DNA of 64,000 bases from NCBI GenBank assembly GCA_965644295.1, contig CBFFRP010000127.1, positions 124,001 through 188,000 of the forward strand, read 5' to 3'. This document shows positions 52,358 through 63,513 of this stretch, in pieces. How positions within the stretch are numbered: position 1 is the stretch's first letter; every line of letters begins with the position of its first letter. The DNA is from Paraphysomonas bandaiensis (taxonomy: Eukaryota; Protista; Chrysophyceae). The position numbers and the translations under genes were made by a program. The notes beneath the pieces were generated by a model. That model had not been told where the DNA came from. It made no database searches and worked only from the letters and a program-made list of their open reading frames with translations.

Positions 52358-53609
52358 ATGACCAGTGTTACTCTTCCTCTTCAGCCATCTAATTCAGCCA
52401 GTGAGCTTATAGTGGACGGCTGGTTCTACGAAGAGGAGAAGATGCTTCCAGCGAGCTCCATGAAAGACGATGTTACGTCTGAAAATTGGCAAGAATTGTA
52501 TTCGACGAGTCTGTCTCCTGGTCAGCGGTTTTCTCTAAAGGTTGAAGAGGTTCTTCTTAACGGAAAGTCAGAGTTTCAGGTGTGATGATAGCTGCGCGCT
52601 GTGTATCTGCTGATTGCTCTTATTTATTCAGGACATCATAGTCTTTAAGTCTTCTCACTACGGGAATGTACTTGTCCTTGACGGTTGCATTCAAGTGTCT
52701 GAGCGGGATGAGTTTTCCTATCAAGAAATGATTACTCACATACCCATGTTCGCCAATAGGTGCCCGAAACGTGTTCTGATCATTGGTGGAGGCGACGGGG
52801 GAGTTTTGAGGGAGGTGCTTAAACATTCAAGTGTGGAGAAGGTGGATATGGTTGAGATAGACCAGATGGTGGTTGAGGTAGCGAAATTATACTTCAGAGG
52901 CAGCACGGCCACATCCTTCACTGATCCCAGGGTCACTTTGCGATTTGAGGATGCTGCCCGATATGTTCGAGAGTTGCCTGGGGACGTCAAATACGACTGC
53001 ATAATTTGTGACTCCTCCGACCCTGTGGGTCCCGCTGCATCTCTTTTCACTCCCGAATTCTATCAGAATATGTTCAATGCCCTCACTCCCGGTAGTTATG
53101 TGTTGTCATTCCAGTGATTCACCCTAAAATATGTGTGATTCCTTAATGTGCAGGTGGAGTAATTGCTACCCAGGGAGAGTGCCAATGGCAATATCTTGAC
53201 CTGATTTCTAATGTTCTCAGAACATGCCGTGATATTTTCCCGACCGTTAAATACGCCTATACAACTGTACCTACCTACCCGTCTGGGCAGATAGGGTTCA
53301 TAGTGGGCTCGAAGGATGCGGAATTGGATCCTGCAGTGCCTTCCAGAGGAGTTCCTGGAGATATGAAACTTCGGTACTACACCTCAGATATGCACAGAGC
53401 TGCCTTTGTTCTTCCAGGTAATGTAACCTGTTGATTATTTATATGAATGGCTGTATGTGTGTTCTTACGACTATCAGTGTCAGCAAATATATATGTATCA
53501 TTCGTTTCCTCTTGTACGTTGTCTTGATAAGTGTCCTGTAGCATTTGCTGCGCGGCGAATCGGAAGTAGTTCTCTGTCTTCCCTACCCAAACCCCCCACA
53601 CAGGAATAG
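52358..53609 (+). CDS. Spermidine synthase (exons 52358-52579, 52632-53091, 53154-53417, 53542-53609)
   Basis: KSEFQDI, GNVLVLDG, RDEFSYQEMI, VLIIGGGDGGVLREV, VEID, DCIICDSSDPVGPA, VPTYPSGQIGF and MHRAAFVLP; three in-frame GT-AG introns. Confidence 0.95.
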
Positions 53610-54507
53610 GTGTTGTCAGGTGTGTGCATGAGTGGTGATTGGGTCTTTACGTACATACTCGTTGTTAGTATTCAGTGGTGCTGTATTGCGGGACTCTATA
53701 TTTTACACTGTTGTTGTGTTTAGCACACGTAGTGACCAATATTAAAGTGTGTAGGCGTGTTGAATGCAACATTGCTTTGGGATTCTCGAGCACGACAACA
53801 TCTTTTATAGGCCAGCTAGAGGTTACGCCATTTATATGAGTGATATGTAACTGTTCCCACGATTGTGAAATCCTGGACTTTTCATTGTAGGGCTTTCGTA
53901 CGTTTGCATGTGTACACTATTTGTTGCAATGCTCATCATGGTGAAATTTTACTAAGAAGTATTCATTCAAAAAAAATGTGGGTATATATAATATAAGGGC
54001 ATTATGTCCTAAGTCATTATAAATAGAATGAACAGGCACGTAGAATCTGTTTTAGTTTTGCTGTTTGTGAGCAATTAGCATCAAGGCGCAACCACTTTCA
54101 CTCAATTGCTCAAAGCAAACGCAGTGAGCAAGCCGAAGTTTGATATACCTGGTATATGTTAAATTGTGGAGGGGGCAGGGTAGGGTATGTTGACTAATGA
54201 CCATTTTCAGATGATTAAGATCGTTGTAAGAGAAGTTTAAGTTAGTCAAACTAGATAGATTACTTTATTATGATTGTATACACAATTGTGTGTGTTGTCA
54301 TGTAACACATGTCAACAACATGATAAATTATTTCGTTCATGTCAACCACTGCTCAACTTCCGTATCTTGAATCGTCATGATATAATACTTCAGTTTCACA
54401 GTTATAGCTATATAGCACCTTTGACTATTGACTACGTATTACTGTTTTTCACATTGTATTTAACGTATTCTACAGTACTATCTTAGAGAACCATACGTAT
54501 TCCAACA

Positions 54508-54517
54508 CTCCTCCTCA
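54508..54517 (-). other. Polypurine tract of the copia element
   Basis: Minus strand TGAGGAGGAG immediately precedes the 3' LTR. Confidence 0.85.
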
Positions 54518-54673
54518 ATGTAGAAACGAGTAATCGTCGTTATACTGCAGCTATATATATCATCTCGTCATCTTAGGATAAAACGGATGTGAAAATCTTC
54601 ATAAAGATACTGTGAACATCACACTTCGCTGTAACACAGTTATGTGGGATTCTTACCCACTAAAAACACACCC

Positions 54674-57600
54674 TTAACCTTTCTTGAACCGCTTCTTCTG
54701 ATTCTTCTCAACTTCATTTGAAATGCTCCTCTTTTCCCCTGTGATAGTTTCTTCATGGAGTTTAAAGAGCTTTGTAGATAACGCTTTTGTAAATATGTCG
54801 GCCGCCATATCCTTAGTCGATACATGAATCAATCTGGCTGTAGGAAACCTTCCATTTACGTGTTCCCGAACCCAGTGGTACTTTATCTGAATATGTTTTG
54901 ATCTTTTGTGGTAGACTGGATTTTCTGACAGATCTTTTGCACTCTTGCTGTCCATGAAGAATGGGGTTGGCTTCGTCAATGCGAGTCCTAGCTCTCGTAA
55001 CACCCCCCGTAGCCACACCAGTTCTTGCATGGCCGCATATTCTGCCATATACTCGGACTCCATACTGGAAGTTGCAACTGTAGTCTGCAGTTTGGACTGC
55101 CATGCGATTGCTCCAGCACATAAGAATACAATATAACCGGTAGTTGAACGTCTCGTTAGTATATCACCTGCCCAGTCCGCATCACTAAATACATGTAAAT
55201 CAAACTTACTCCCACTGAATTTGATTCCTTTGCTGGTGGTGCCTCTCAAATATTTCAATAAATGAATAGCTAAACGACACGATGCGTATGTAGGATTACT
55301 GCTGTATCTCGATAGTAGTCCGATTGCATAGGCGAGATCTGGTCTTGTGTGGAGTGCGAGATACAGGATTGCTCCAATAATACTACGATACGGAAATTTT
55401 GAGACCCATTCCTCCTGTTCTGATGTAAGTTCCCGTTCTGCAGCTAGTAGTTCTTGTGCATTTGATGGCAACGGAGCTTCCTTATTCTTTCTACTGTTTC
55501 CCATGACATGGTTGAATTTCTGAATCACTTTCTCCGCATACTTCGATTGATCTAGTTTGAACCAGTCTTCGCCTCTCGTGATTCGAATATTTAGGAAACT
55601 TTGGCACTCTCCCATGTCCCTCATTTCAAACGTTTGGCAGAACTTGTTCTTGACAAAAACAAGGAATTCAAAATCCACAGATGCGATAATGATGTCATCT
55701 ACATACAGGAGTAATAACGTAAGTTTGCCTTGGTGCCAACGATAATATAAGCAGGTATCTAACACGCATGATCTAAACTGCATTGACTTTATGAATTTAT
55801 CGATGTGGCGATTCCACTGACGCGGTGAGGCTCGTAAACCATATAGTGCTTTGATGAGTTTAAAGCACCATCCATTGCTGAGCTCCTCATCTGGAGGTGG
55901 GTACATGTAGACATCTTCATCTAAATTTGCATAACAAAATGCAGAACTGACATCAAGCTGGTGTACATGCATATGGAACATAAAAGCAATTGCAATCACG
56001 AGCCTGATAGTTATCCCTTTTACGACCGGTGCAAATGTAGATGGCTCCTCCTCAGTTTTCTCCTGAAGATTTCCTAGTGCGACTAGTCGAGCTTTATACT
56101 TCTGTATGTTGCCTAGTATGTCACGCTTGAGTTTGTGAACATACTTACATCTGATTAATTTGACCCCAGATGGTCGACGTACTATCTTCAAAACGCCTCT
56201 TCGTAAAAGAGCTTTCTTCTCTATTCGTCTGGCTGTTCTCCATTCGTCCGCTTGAGGGGACCTCTCCGCCTCTAGAAAACTGTTCGGTTCATGGACGTGT
56301 TCATTCTCAGTACTCTCCTCTGAATCCATGACATTTACATCGGCATCCATTACCTCTATCATGTTAATTTCTCCTAACACTGAAGCATTAGCTAGCCTCC
56401 TCCGTAAACGCTTACGTTTCTCTGCATCCCTTTTAGATACTCTCTGTAGGGTATTAGTACTGTTAGAATTTATAGTATCAGTATATTCAGGTACTCCCTG
56501 AGCTGCATCTTCATCAAGTACTCCTTGAGTCATATCTTCATCAGGTGCTCCCTGAATAATACCATGGTTAACTAGCTGCTCCTGATGGCTCTCAGGCGCT
56601 GGGATAGTGGACGTACTCCGTCCATCAGTGGTACTAGAGGCGTCCCTCGTTCCCGTATATCCCGTGTATCCAGGCGTATTCCTTGTCATTACCTGAACAT
56701 CTTCTATATGTATGGGTACCTTCTGCTCAATGTGGGTTCTCCCCGCAGTTACAAGTGACCGATAACCAACAATGACACCCTTTCTTTCTACCACTCTGGT
56801 GGTCTTGTACAACAGCCCGTCTTCATCGTCTATGTGAAAAGTCTTCACGAGATGCTGATAATCATTCACCGTCTTTGGTCTAGGTGCTGTTCGTACTCGG
56901 AGAGCGTCGATTTCTGCGTAATATTCTTCGGTGCGGGAAGGTATACTCTCATCTGTGAGTATGTGTACACACGTAATTACCTTATCGGTTGCTGGGAGAT
57001 ACACCTGGTATCCAACTTTATCTTCCGAATATCCCACTAGGTATCCAATCTTTGATTTATCGTCCCAGTCCTTTCGCCTATCCGCCTTAGGTGTCAATAT
57101 ATAAGTTTTGCACCCCCATACTCTAAAATATTTCAAACTGGGTGGCTGACCCGTGACATACTCATATGGGGACATGTATCCTCTGTCCGTCCTTGTAGGG
57201 AGTCTGATCAGTGTATAGCGAGCAGCATGATACGCGTCTAACCAGAATGGAACCGGTAGGCCTGACTGCAACAACATCGCCAACGCCATCTCTGATGCAG
57301 TCCTGAATTTTCGCTCCTCTACTGCATTCATTTCCGGACTATCTGTTGAAGACCAAGTATGTTTGTAGCAGCCTTGTGATCTCAAATAGCTCCTAAGTTC
57401 TTGATTTATGAGTTCTCCAGCTCCATCAGCGTGGTAGTGGTCCACTCTCAGCTTATATTGCCTAATCTCTCCTTCGAACACCTCTCTAAAAAACTGAATC
57501 ACTTCTTCTTTAGTACGCTGGTTTACGCCTTTTACCCAGAACATCCTACTCGGGTGATGAGTTAGTTTGATCACGTAGCGCTCATCACCTCGAGCGGGAG

Positions 57601-59365
57601 TATTCAGAAATACTTGCACATCAGCCGATATGTCCGGCTTGACATCCGTATCCTCCTTTGTGTGAAACGAAACTCTCGTAATCTTTGATCTGGCACATAT
57701 GCTACAGAGACAAGATTTTTTTAATGCAGTCTTCGATAGGTGCTTCCTCTGCAGATTTGAGCCAGTGAACAACATCCTTCTATGTGCCTCCGTTAGAGCC
57801 CCTTTGTTGAAATGGCCCATTCTCCTATGCAGCAGTTCCAGCTCGTCCTCACCAGTCCTATCGCTAAGATTTACTTCACAATTACTCGGTGTAGACACAT
57901 CTGGAAGCTCCAACAGCTGCTGAGTTGGAACTGCAGTCATTCCATTCTTCATGGGTCCCTCCAGTACCAGCTCACCGGTATTACAGTCATAAATTTGGAT
58001 CCCATACCACACCGTGAATCGATAGCCCATTTCGTTCAGCTTACGTCCGGAGCACAGGCATCGATTGATCTGATCTGAAATTTCTATGTCTCTCCATGCT
58101 CCACGGGAACCCACACTTGTGATATGAATCTCTGATCCCTTCTTAGATCCGTTTATCACCTTTGATGTATTCATATGAGTGTCAAGCATGGTCACATCAT
58201 TCATTAAGAACATTGATGATGAACAGCATGTATCTATGTATGTATAGTGTTCAGCAGTACCAATCATACAACATGTGTCACTTTTATCATATATATCAAC
58301 AGCACAGTCATAAAGCATATTCGCTTCGGACTCCGAGTCAGACTCGGTTCCTCCTCTGCGGATATTCTCGAATGTGAAAACCTTCCCAGATTTCTGGGGT
58401 TTCTTGGTCTTTCCAGTCGAATTTCGGGGACATTCGTTCGCGCGATGGTTTTTGGATTTGCATACTCTGCATCCTGTATATTCCTTACTGCCCGGTCTTT
58501 GTCCCTTCGTTTCCCCCTTTTTCTTCCTACATTGTTCTGTATTATGATTGTGTATTATACCTTTCTTCGAGCAATAAGTGCACTTCCTCTTTGTAGATAC
58601 TCTCTCTTTCTTTCGAGGCTTTTCAATATGATTCAGCTCCTCCGTGCTCTTGCGCTTCTTCTCTATGATTTTCCTCCCATACTTGGTGTCGTCGAACTGT
58701 TCGATACGTTTGGATAGCAATTCATATGGTACATCATCGGGCATTAAATACAGGGCATAATTCAAACCGTCATATTCATCACTGATAATTCCCTCCTTCA
58801 GCCTACTAATTTTTGATTCTTCCGTTACCGTTTGGTTATGCGCCTGAAGTTCACGAAGAAGCAGCTCAAAACGCAGTACATACTCTTTCGCGGTCTCCCC
58901 TGGCTTCATCTCGAATGATCCAAACTGAGCAAGCAGAGCACTAATCTTGTTTTGTGTTCCCCCTTCAAAACACGATTTAAGAGTGCTAACCATCTCTCTG
59001 GCGCTGAACTTATTAACTCTTCCTTCAGCTGCCTTGAACTCCTTGTGCTTCAGATGAAACTTCTGCAGCGCCTTCGGAGATCGCTTCACCGCCTCTCTGC
59101 AGTATGAGTAAGCAATTGCATTCGCCTTCCAATACTTGTCCACCGCTTCTTTGTAGGACTTGGTCTCAAGACTATTCAGGGGTTGAATTCCGAAATCCTC
59201 TTCCTCTGGTGGCCTTTCTAGAGCCACCTCACTCTGCTCCTTTCTCATAAGGAACGTCTCAAAGTCTTCGATCCATTGTTCAACGTTGCTCTCGTCGAAC
59301 CATGGAACATCAGCTCTATCCTCCTTCTCTCCTCCGCATTCGCTACCATGTTGACTAATGACCAT
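54674..59365 (-). CDS. Copia Gag-Pol polyprotein (~1,563 aa from the first ATG)
   Basis: Zinc knuckle CRVCKSKNHRANEC, protease-position YIDTCCS, HRRMGH...CSIC, integrase ADV / HADGAGE / NAVEER, RT KARLVA / QLDVSSAF / LYVDD and RNase H SDADWAGD / KHIQIKYH, in copia order (PR-IN-RT-RH). Confidence 0.97.
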   Translation of the reverse strand: MVISQHGSECGGEKEDRADVPWFDESNVEQWIEDFETFLMRKEQSEVALERPPEEEDFGIQPLNSLETKSYKEAVDKYWKANAIAYSYCREAVKRSPKALQKFHLKHKEFKAAEGRVNKFSAREMVSTLKSCFEGGTQNKISALLAQFGSFEMKPGETAKEYVLRFELLLRELQAHNQTVTEESKISRLKEGIISDEYDGLNYALYLMPDDVPYELLSKRIEQFDDTKYGRKIIEKKRKSTEELNHIEKPRKKERVSTKRKCTYCSKKGIIHNHNTEQCRKKKGETKGQRPGSKEYTGCRVCKSKNHRANECPRNSTGKTKKPQKSGKVFTFENIRRGGTESDSESEANMLYDCAVDIYDKSDTCCMIGTAEHYTYIDTCCSSSMFLMNDVTMLDTHMNTSKVINGSKKGSEIHITSVGSRGAWRDIEISDQINRCLCSGRKLNEMGYRFTVWYGIQIYDCNTGELVLEGPMKNGMTAVPTQQLLELPDVSTPSNCEVNLSDRTGEDELELLHRRMGHFNKGALTEAHRRMLFTGSNLQRKHLSKTALKKSCLCSICARSKITRVSFHTKEDTDVKPDISADVQVFLNTPARGDERYVIKLTHHPSRMFWVKGVNQRTKEEVIQFFREVFEGEIRQYKLRVDHYHADGAGELINQELRSYLRSQGCYKHTWSSTDSPEMNAVEERKFRTASEMALAMLLQSGLPVPFWLDAYHAARYTLIRLPTRTDRGYMSPYEYVTGQPPSLKYFRVWGCKTYILTPKADRRKDWDDKSKIGYLVGYSEDKVGYQVYLPATDKVITCVHILTDESIPSRTEEYYAEIDALRVRTAPRPKTVNDYQHLVKTFHIDDEDGLLYKTTRVVERKGVIVGYRSLVTAGRTHIEQKVPIHIEDVQVMTRNTPGYTGYTGTRDASSTTDGRSTSTIPAPESHQEQLVNHGIIQGAPDEDMTQGVLDEDAAQGVPEYTDTINSNSTNTLQRVSKRDAEKRKRLRRRLANASVLGEINMIEVMDADVNVMDSEESTENEHVHEPNSFLEAERSPQADEWRTARRIEKKALLRRGVLKIVRRPSGVKLIRCKYVHKLKRDILGNIQKYKARLVALGNLQEKTEEEPSTFAPVVKGITIRLVIAIAFMFHMHVHQLDVSSAFCYANLDEDVYMYPPPDEELSNGWCFKLIKALYGLRASPRQWNRHIDKFIKSMQFRSCVLDTCLYYRWHQGKLTLLLLYVDDIIIASVDFEFLVFVKNKFCQTFEMRDMGECQSFLNIRITRGEDWFKLDQSKYAEKVIQKFNHVMGNSRKNKEAPLPSNAQELLAAERELTSEQEEWVSKFPYRSIIGAILYLALHTRPDLAYAIGLLSRYSSNPTYASCRLAIHLLKYLRGTTSKGIKFSGSKFDLHVFSDADWAGDILTRRSTTGYIVFLCAGAIAWQSKLQTTVATSSMESEYMAEYAAMQELVWLRGVLRELGLALTKPTPFFMDSKSAKDLSENPVYHKRSKHIQIKYHWVREHVNGRFPTARLIHVSTKDMAADIFTKALSTKLFKLHEETITGEKRSISNEVEKNQKKRFKKG
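59334..59348 (-). other. Primer-binding site, probably for initiator tRNA-Met
   Basis: TGGTAGCGAATGCGG directly abuts the 5' LTR. It implies a tRNA ending ...UUCGCUACCA (U72, A73), consistent with the A1:U72 pair of eukaryotic initiator tRNA. Confidence 0.7.
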
Positions 59366-59855
59366 TTTCAGATGATTAAGATCGTTGTAAGAGAAGTTTA
59401 AGTTAGTCAAACTAGATAGATTACTTTATTATGATTGTATACACAATTGTGTGTGTTGTCATGTAACACATGTCAACAACATGATAAATTATTTCGTTCA
59501 TGTCAACCACTGCTCAACTTCCGTATCTTGAATCGTCATGATATAATACTTCAGTTTCACAGTTATAGCTATATAGCACCTTTGACTATTGACTACGTAT
59601 TACTGTTTTTCACATTGTATTTAACGTATTCTACAGTACTATCTTAGAGAACCATACGTATTCCAACAGGGTATAGGGAACAGACCATCTTGACACTACT
59701 AGAAGTCGGAGGCCCGCGGTTGTTGCCGGACTCGATCCTTACTACGTATTTTGGGAGAAAGCAACGTAGCGTTGACTGCGATCTTGGAGCATCTTCTTGT
59801 TGGCCGCTGCAAATAGTGGTTGAAGTATACTCACCACCGCATTTTCGAGAGTGCG

Positions 59856-60031
59856 TAGCACCTTGGTACTTGCGGCGACGCACAAGCAGCTTCTGTAGCG
59901 TTAAATAGTACGATAATAGAATTTGTGCTGATTAGTTATGGGTAGAGGTCTAACTAGTAGATCTAGCATTCAACTAGCCACTATATCGGAACGAGTTTTT
60001 AACGCCTATTGCTAAATAAAAAGACATTCAA
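59856..60031. mobile_element. Truncated inverted copy of the 34578-34806 MITE
   Basis: GCACCTTGGTACTTGCGGCGACGCACAAGCAGCTTCTGTAGCGTTAAATAG...TTTTAACGCCTATTGCTAAATAAAAAGAC matches the reverse complement of 34627-34805. The second TIR is missing. Confidence 0.8.
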
Positions 60032-60317
60032 TATAGTCCACGCGAGGTCAGACTGCAGTGGATTCGTTAGCCACAAGCCACAGACTGCTTTGAGTTGAGT
60101 TATGGTGTCTCTCCAGAATCTTTCAACCTGAGGGAGTCGTTATGAAATTGCATTTTATATTCGGTCGAAGTCACTGGTGTCGATTAGCCTCCTCTTACAC
60201 TTAAGGAGGCTATATCGTCCCGCGCTTAAAATTTAGACAAAAGGGGCGACACTACTTATCCCTAGGTTAAATTGTAGCTTATTCTCATGATGTTGAAAAC
60301 TTAATATTAGATTGTGC

Positions 60318-61096
60318 CAGGGATAGGGAACAATATATTGTATTGCAATATATTGTAAAATATATTGATTGGTGGACTGGTCAAATATTCCATCAATAGT
60401 GTTTCTGCTAAAAGAGCTCACACAATACTATTGCAATATATTGCAATCAATATTATGATAGTCATATAAGAGAAGATTCTCAACTGTAGGGTGCAAAATG
60501 GATATAGATAACCGAGAAATTGATTACAACATTACAAAGGATAATGAAGCTGATGTTGACTATGCGACTAAAAATCTTCAGTCAGCTAAAAAAATTAAGA
60601 AACGTACAGATCCACGAGTCGTTAACGGTTGCCTGGCCCTGGTATGTACTTCCGATACATGGGAACGTCTGTTCAGCACAGCTAAACATATTATATCAGT
60701 GTTGCGCAAAAGTATCCATCCTACTTAATATGCTGTTGTTTTAGAAAGCTATTCGACAGTTATGGCCGGATACTAGCATATTTCAATTAATTCTGTGGAT
60801 GAATATGGTGATGTTGACCTCACCGATGATGGCTCAGAGGATGAGGACGAGGTGGATATTTAGTAGCTATAAGCAGCAGTTGGTTTGGTTGTCATGTGAT
60901 CTTAATGGCTAATACTAAAAATGAAATCTACGGATGTGTTTACCTACTGATTAGTCAAACTAATATATCGCAATACATTGACAATATATTGCAATATATT
61001 GTAATTGTATTGTAGAACCGGTTTAAAAAATCCATCAATACTATTGATGGAACGCTATCTAACAATAGTATTGCAATATATTGTTCCCTATCCCTG
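60318..61096 (+). mobile_element. Internally deleted non-autonomous hAT DNA transposon
   Basis: Perfect 23-bp TIR CAGGGATAGGGAACAATATATTG. 8-bp TSD GATTGTGC / GATTGTAC. Repeated subterminal ATTGCAATA motifs. Relic of the hAT dimerisation domain TSDTWERLFSTAKHIISVLRKS, then frameshifted LNMLLF*KAIRQLW. Confidence 0.92.
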
Positions 61097-62016
61097 GATT
61101 GTACAGCTATTAGTAGCTTGCTTGCTGTCATAAGAAATAGGTGTTTCCTGATTAACATTAAGAAACCAAAAATGAGAATATTGCAATTGAACTATAGACC
61201 AACTCAAACAATAAACCCCCAAATTTCAATATAATAGCGACAACAAATGTACTCTTATCACAGAAGAGATGAGGGAATAGCAACTGTGAGGTGTTTAAAT
61301 TCGTAAATAAGTGTTATGATGAAGGTGAACAGTTGTAGTCGCACTAAAGGCCTCTTATTGCCTTAATTAGCATCATCATCACATTTATATACAATGCGTT
61401 TTACCTCTGTTAGTACACCTGATTGAATGATGTGAGTATGATATGAGGGACGCAATATCCTCAAAAGCACGATGTAACCCAAACCCTGAAAGAACTGGAT
61501 GCCACTACCCTTAACCACCTACACAGCATCAGATATGGACTTAAACTCTCCTGAAATATTCTTGAAGTTGTTACGATATCCTGGTTATGAAGATAGCAGT
61601 TGAAGAATGGAATATAACTTGTAGTGTTTGATGATCTGCTCTTGATAGTTTGCTCATGATTGTGGTTTCTCTATAATTGTGTACTATAGTGAATTCACAT
61701 ACATACATATGACTGTTAATATTATAATTAAGGTAGACGTGAGTTCTGTTGAACCGAATATTGAAGTTGAATGTCTATATTTGCCCGGTGCTGATATGAG
61801 CACTCTGTTGCGCCCAAACCAGGTCATAAAAAAGCTTTTTTTTTAGACAAAATGGGGATAAGGAATATCGTTATTACTAACAGGTTTGCCATATATAACA
61901 ACATTGCCCACTTACTATCATATAATAGTTGTCTGATGCTGTACCCACAATCGAATGGTTGCAGGACTGGTCAACACATATTCGAATTGTCCAGAGTCAA
62001 TAACACGGGATAGTGT

Positions 62017-63111
62017 CTACATATCTTCAGGCAATTTGGGAACCGCCCAGAATCCCCTGTGCGGTTTATACTCACCTCCTCGCACAATGCGGAAAAATCC
62101 ATGCTCACCTACATTGTAATAGTAGTAAGAAAATTACATTTCACCAACCCCGTGCAGTCGTACCCCAGTATGTTCCCCACGAGTTTCGACCAATCCAGTA
62201 ATCGACTCCGTCCTACACACACATTCAACACGAACATCAGTAGAATACTCAGATCACCTCAGTGCCCCATCCGTTCAGGCTGATGACGTGGTTCGTTATC
62301 TTTCTGCAGGTATCATACATGTTTATACCGCCGGTATATTCCTCCAGGCAGTTCTAAAACACTTATCAGCAAAGCTAACCCACAAATTTATATATGTAAT
62401 GGCAACAAGAACTCACAGCGTCAATATTAGAGGCTACTGGACCGCGGGCATATATCTCTGCCATAATTTCCTCGTCCCCATGAGCAGTGCCGAACTCAGA
62501 CAAGCGGATAACTGGGTAGTCCTTGACAGCATAGCACTCCCCTCCCCCAGGGTCACAATTCATACACATGTTGATATCAGAACACTCCATGTTCTTGGCC
62601 TGGTATTGCTGACAGGTTACGTCAGGAATGCCATTCTTATATATCCAAGCATTAGCAGCATTCGCATCTCCACCGTTACAGGACCCTGCATGCCCGCAGT
62701 TAATGAGAGCCTGGACAGAGGGAATAACATCTCGAGTAGTTCCTTAATTCTAAAATTATATTGAGTTAAAAAACAAATAACACACTGTACCATTCGATGC
62801 GATTTTGATGCGATCAGCGATAGAGGATACAGTGGCTGTACATACGTTACAACAACCGTCAGAAACTAAAATACATAAATACCATGAGCCCAACAAGACC
62901 CACAGTAGAGAGGGATATGTTGATTCAAGTCCGTCGTGAGTTGAGGGCGTAGGTCGAGTGATTCAGGAAGGTCCTTAGGGCTGATGTATTCATGAGGTCG
63001 AGGGCTCTTGACGGCCTCACCAATAACAGCAGGGTCCTGCTCTATCAGCTCATTCCTGTAGGCGCTAACGCCACACGATACCAACGCGGTCACGGCAAGA
63101 GCACGGATCAT
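62017..63111 (-). CDS. Cathepsin Z/X-like papain-family cysteine protease, multi-exon
   Basis: Signal peptide, short propeptide, [14 protein letters not shown] (the HIP mini-loop diagnostic of cathepsin X), [34 protein letters not shown] and C-terminal FWAVP. Confidence 0.92.
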
Positions 63112-63513
63112 TTTATGTCTGGATGATATGGTTCAGGCTCTCTACCCTTATATACTCGGCATATATGGTCACCTGTACATACACATGCCACATACACATA
63201 CTGCTGTACAATACACTGTGCGTAGATCCTCGTACACAGCTGTACGTACTCCGGTACATAGTGCTGTATTCCTACTGTACACTGCTGTATATAATACATA
63301 CATGATGTAGCAGTGTCAGATATACAGATATCTGTATAAGCTATAGGATTATCCAATAGTTATTCTTCAGAGTATATTGATTGGATGGTGAAGGGTATGT
63401 AGGAGGATGTACAGCAGTACAGTCTGCCTCTATACATGCGTCCAGGTCTGTCATAGTATGCCATGGTAAGGTAGGGACACGGCCTTCACTCGCTGTTACT
63501 CGTATATTATAAC

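Larger units (their letters stand above)
54188..59668 (-). mobile_element. Full-length Ty1/copia LTR retrotransposon
   Basis: 320-bp LTRs at 54188-54507 and 59349-59668 (TGTTG...CAACA), identical by eye. 5-bp TSD GGGTA at 54183-54187 and 59669-59673. PBS, PPT and a single intact ORF are present. Confidence 0.98.

Noticed and set aside
54274-54486. Identical 70-aa ORFs at 54274 and 59435
   Set aside because: Both lie in the LTRs; identity reflects LTR duplication, not a gene.
62057-62075. Apparent 19-nt intron GTGAGT...CACAG in cathepsin Z
   Set aside because: The unspliced sequence reads in frame ([16 protein letters not shown]); splicing would shift the frame.
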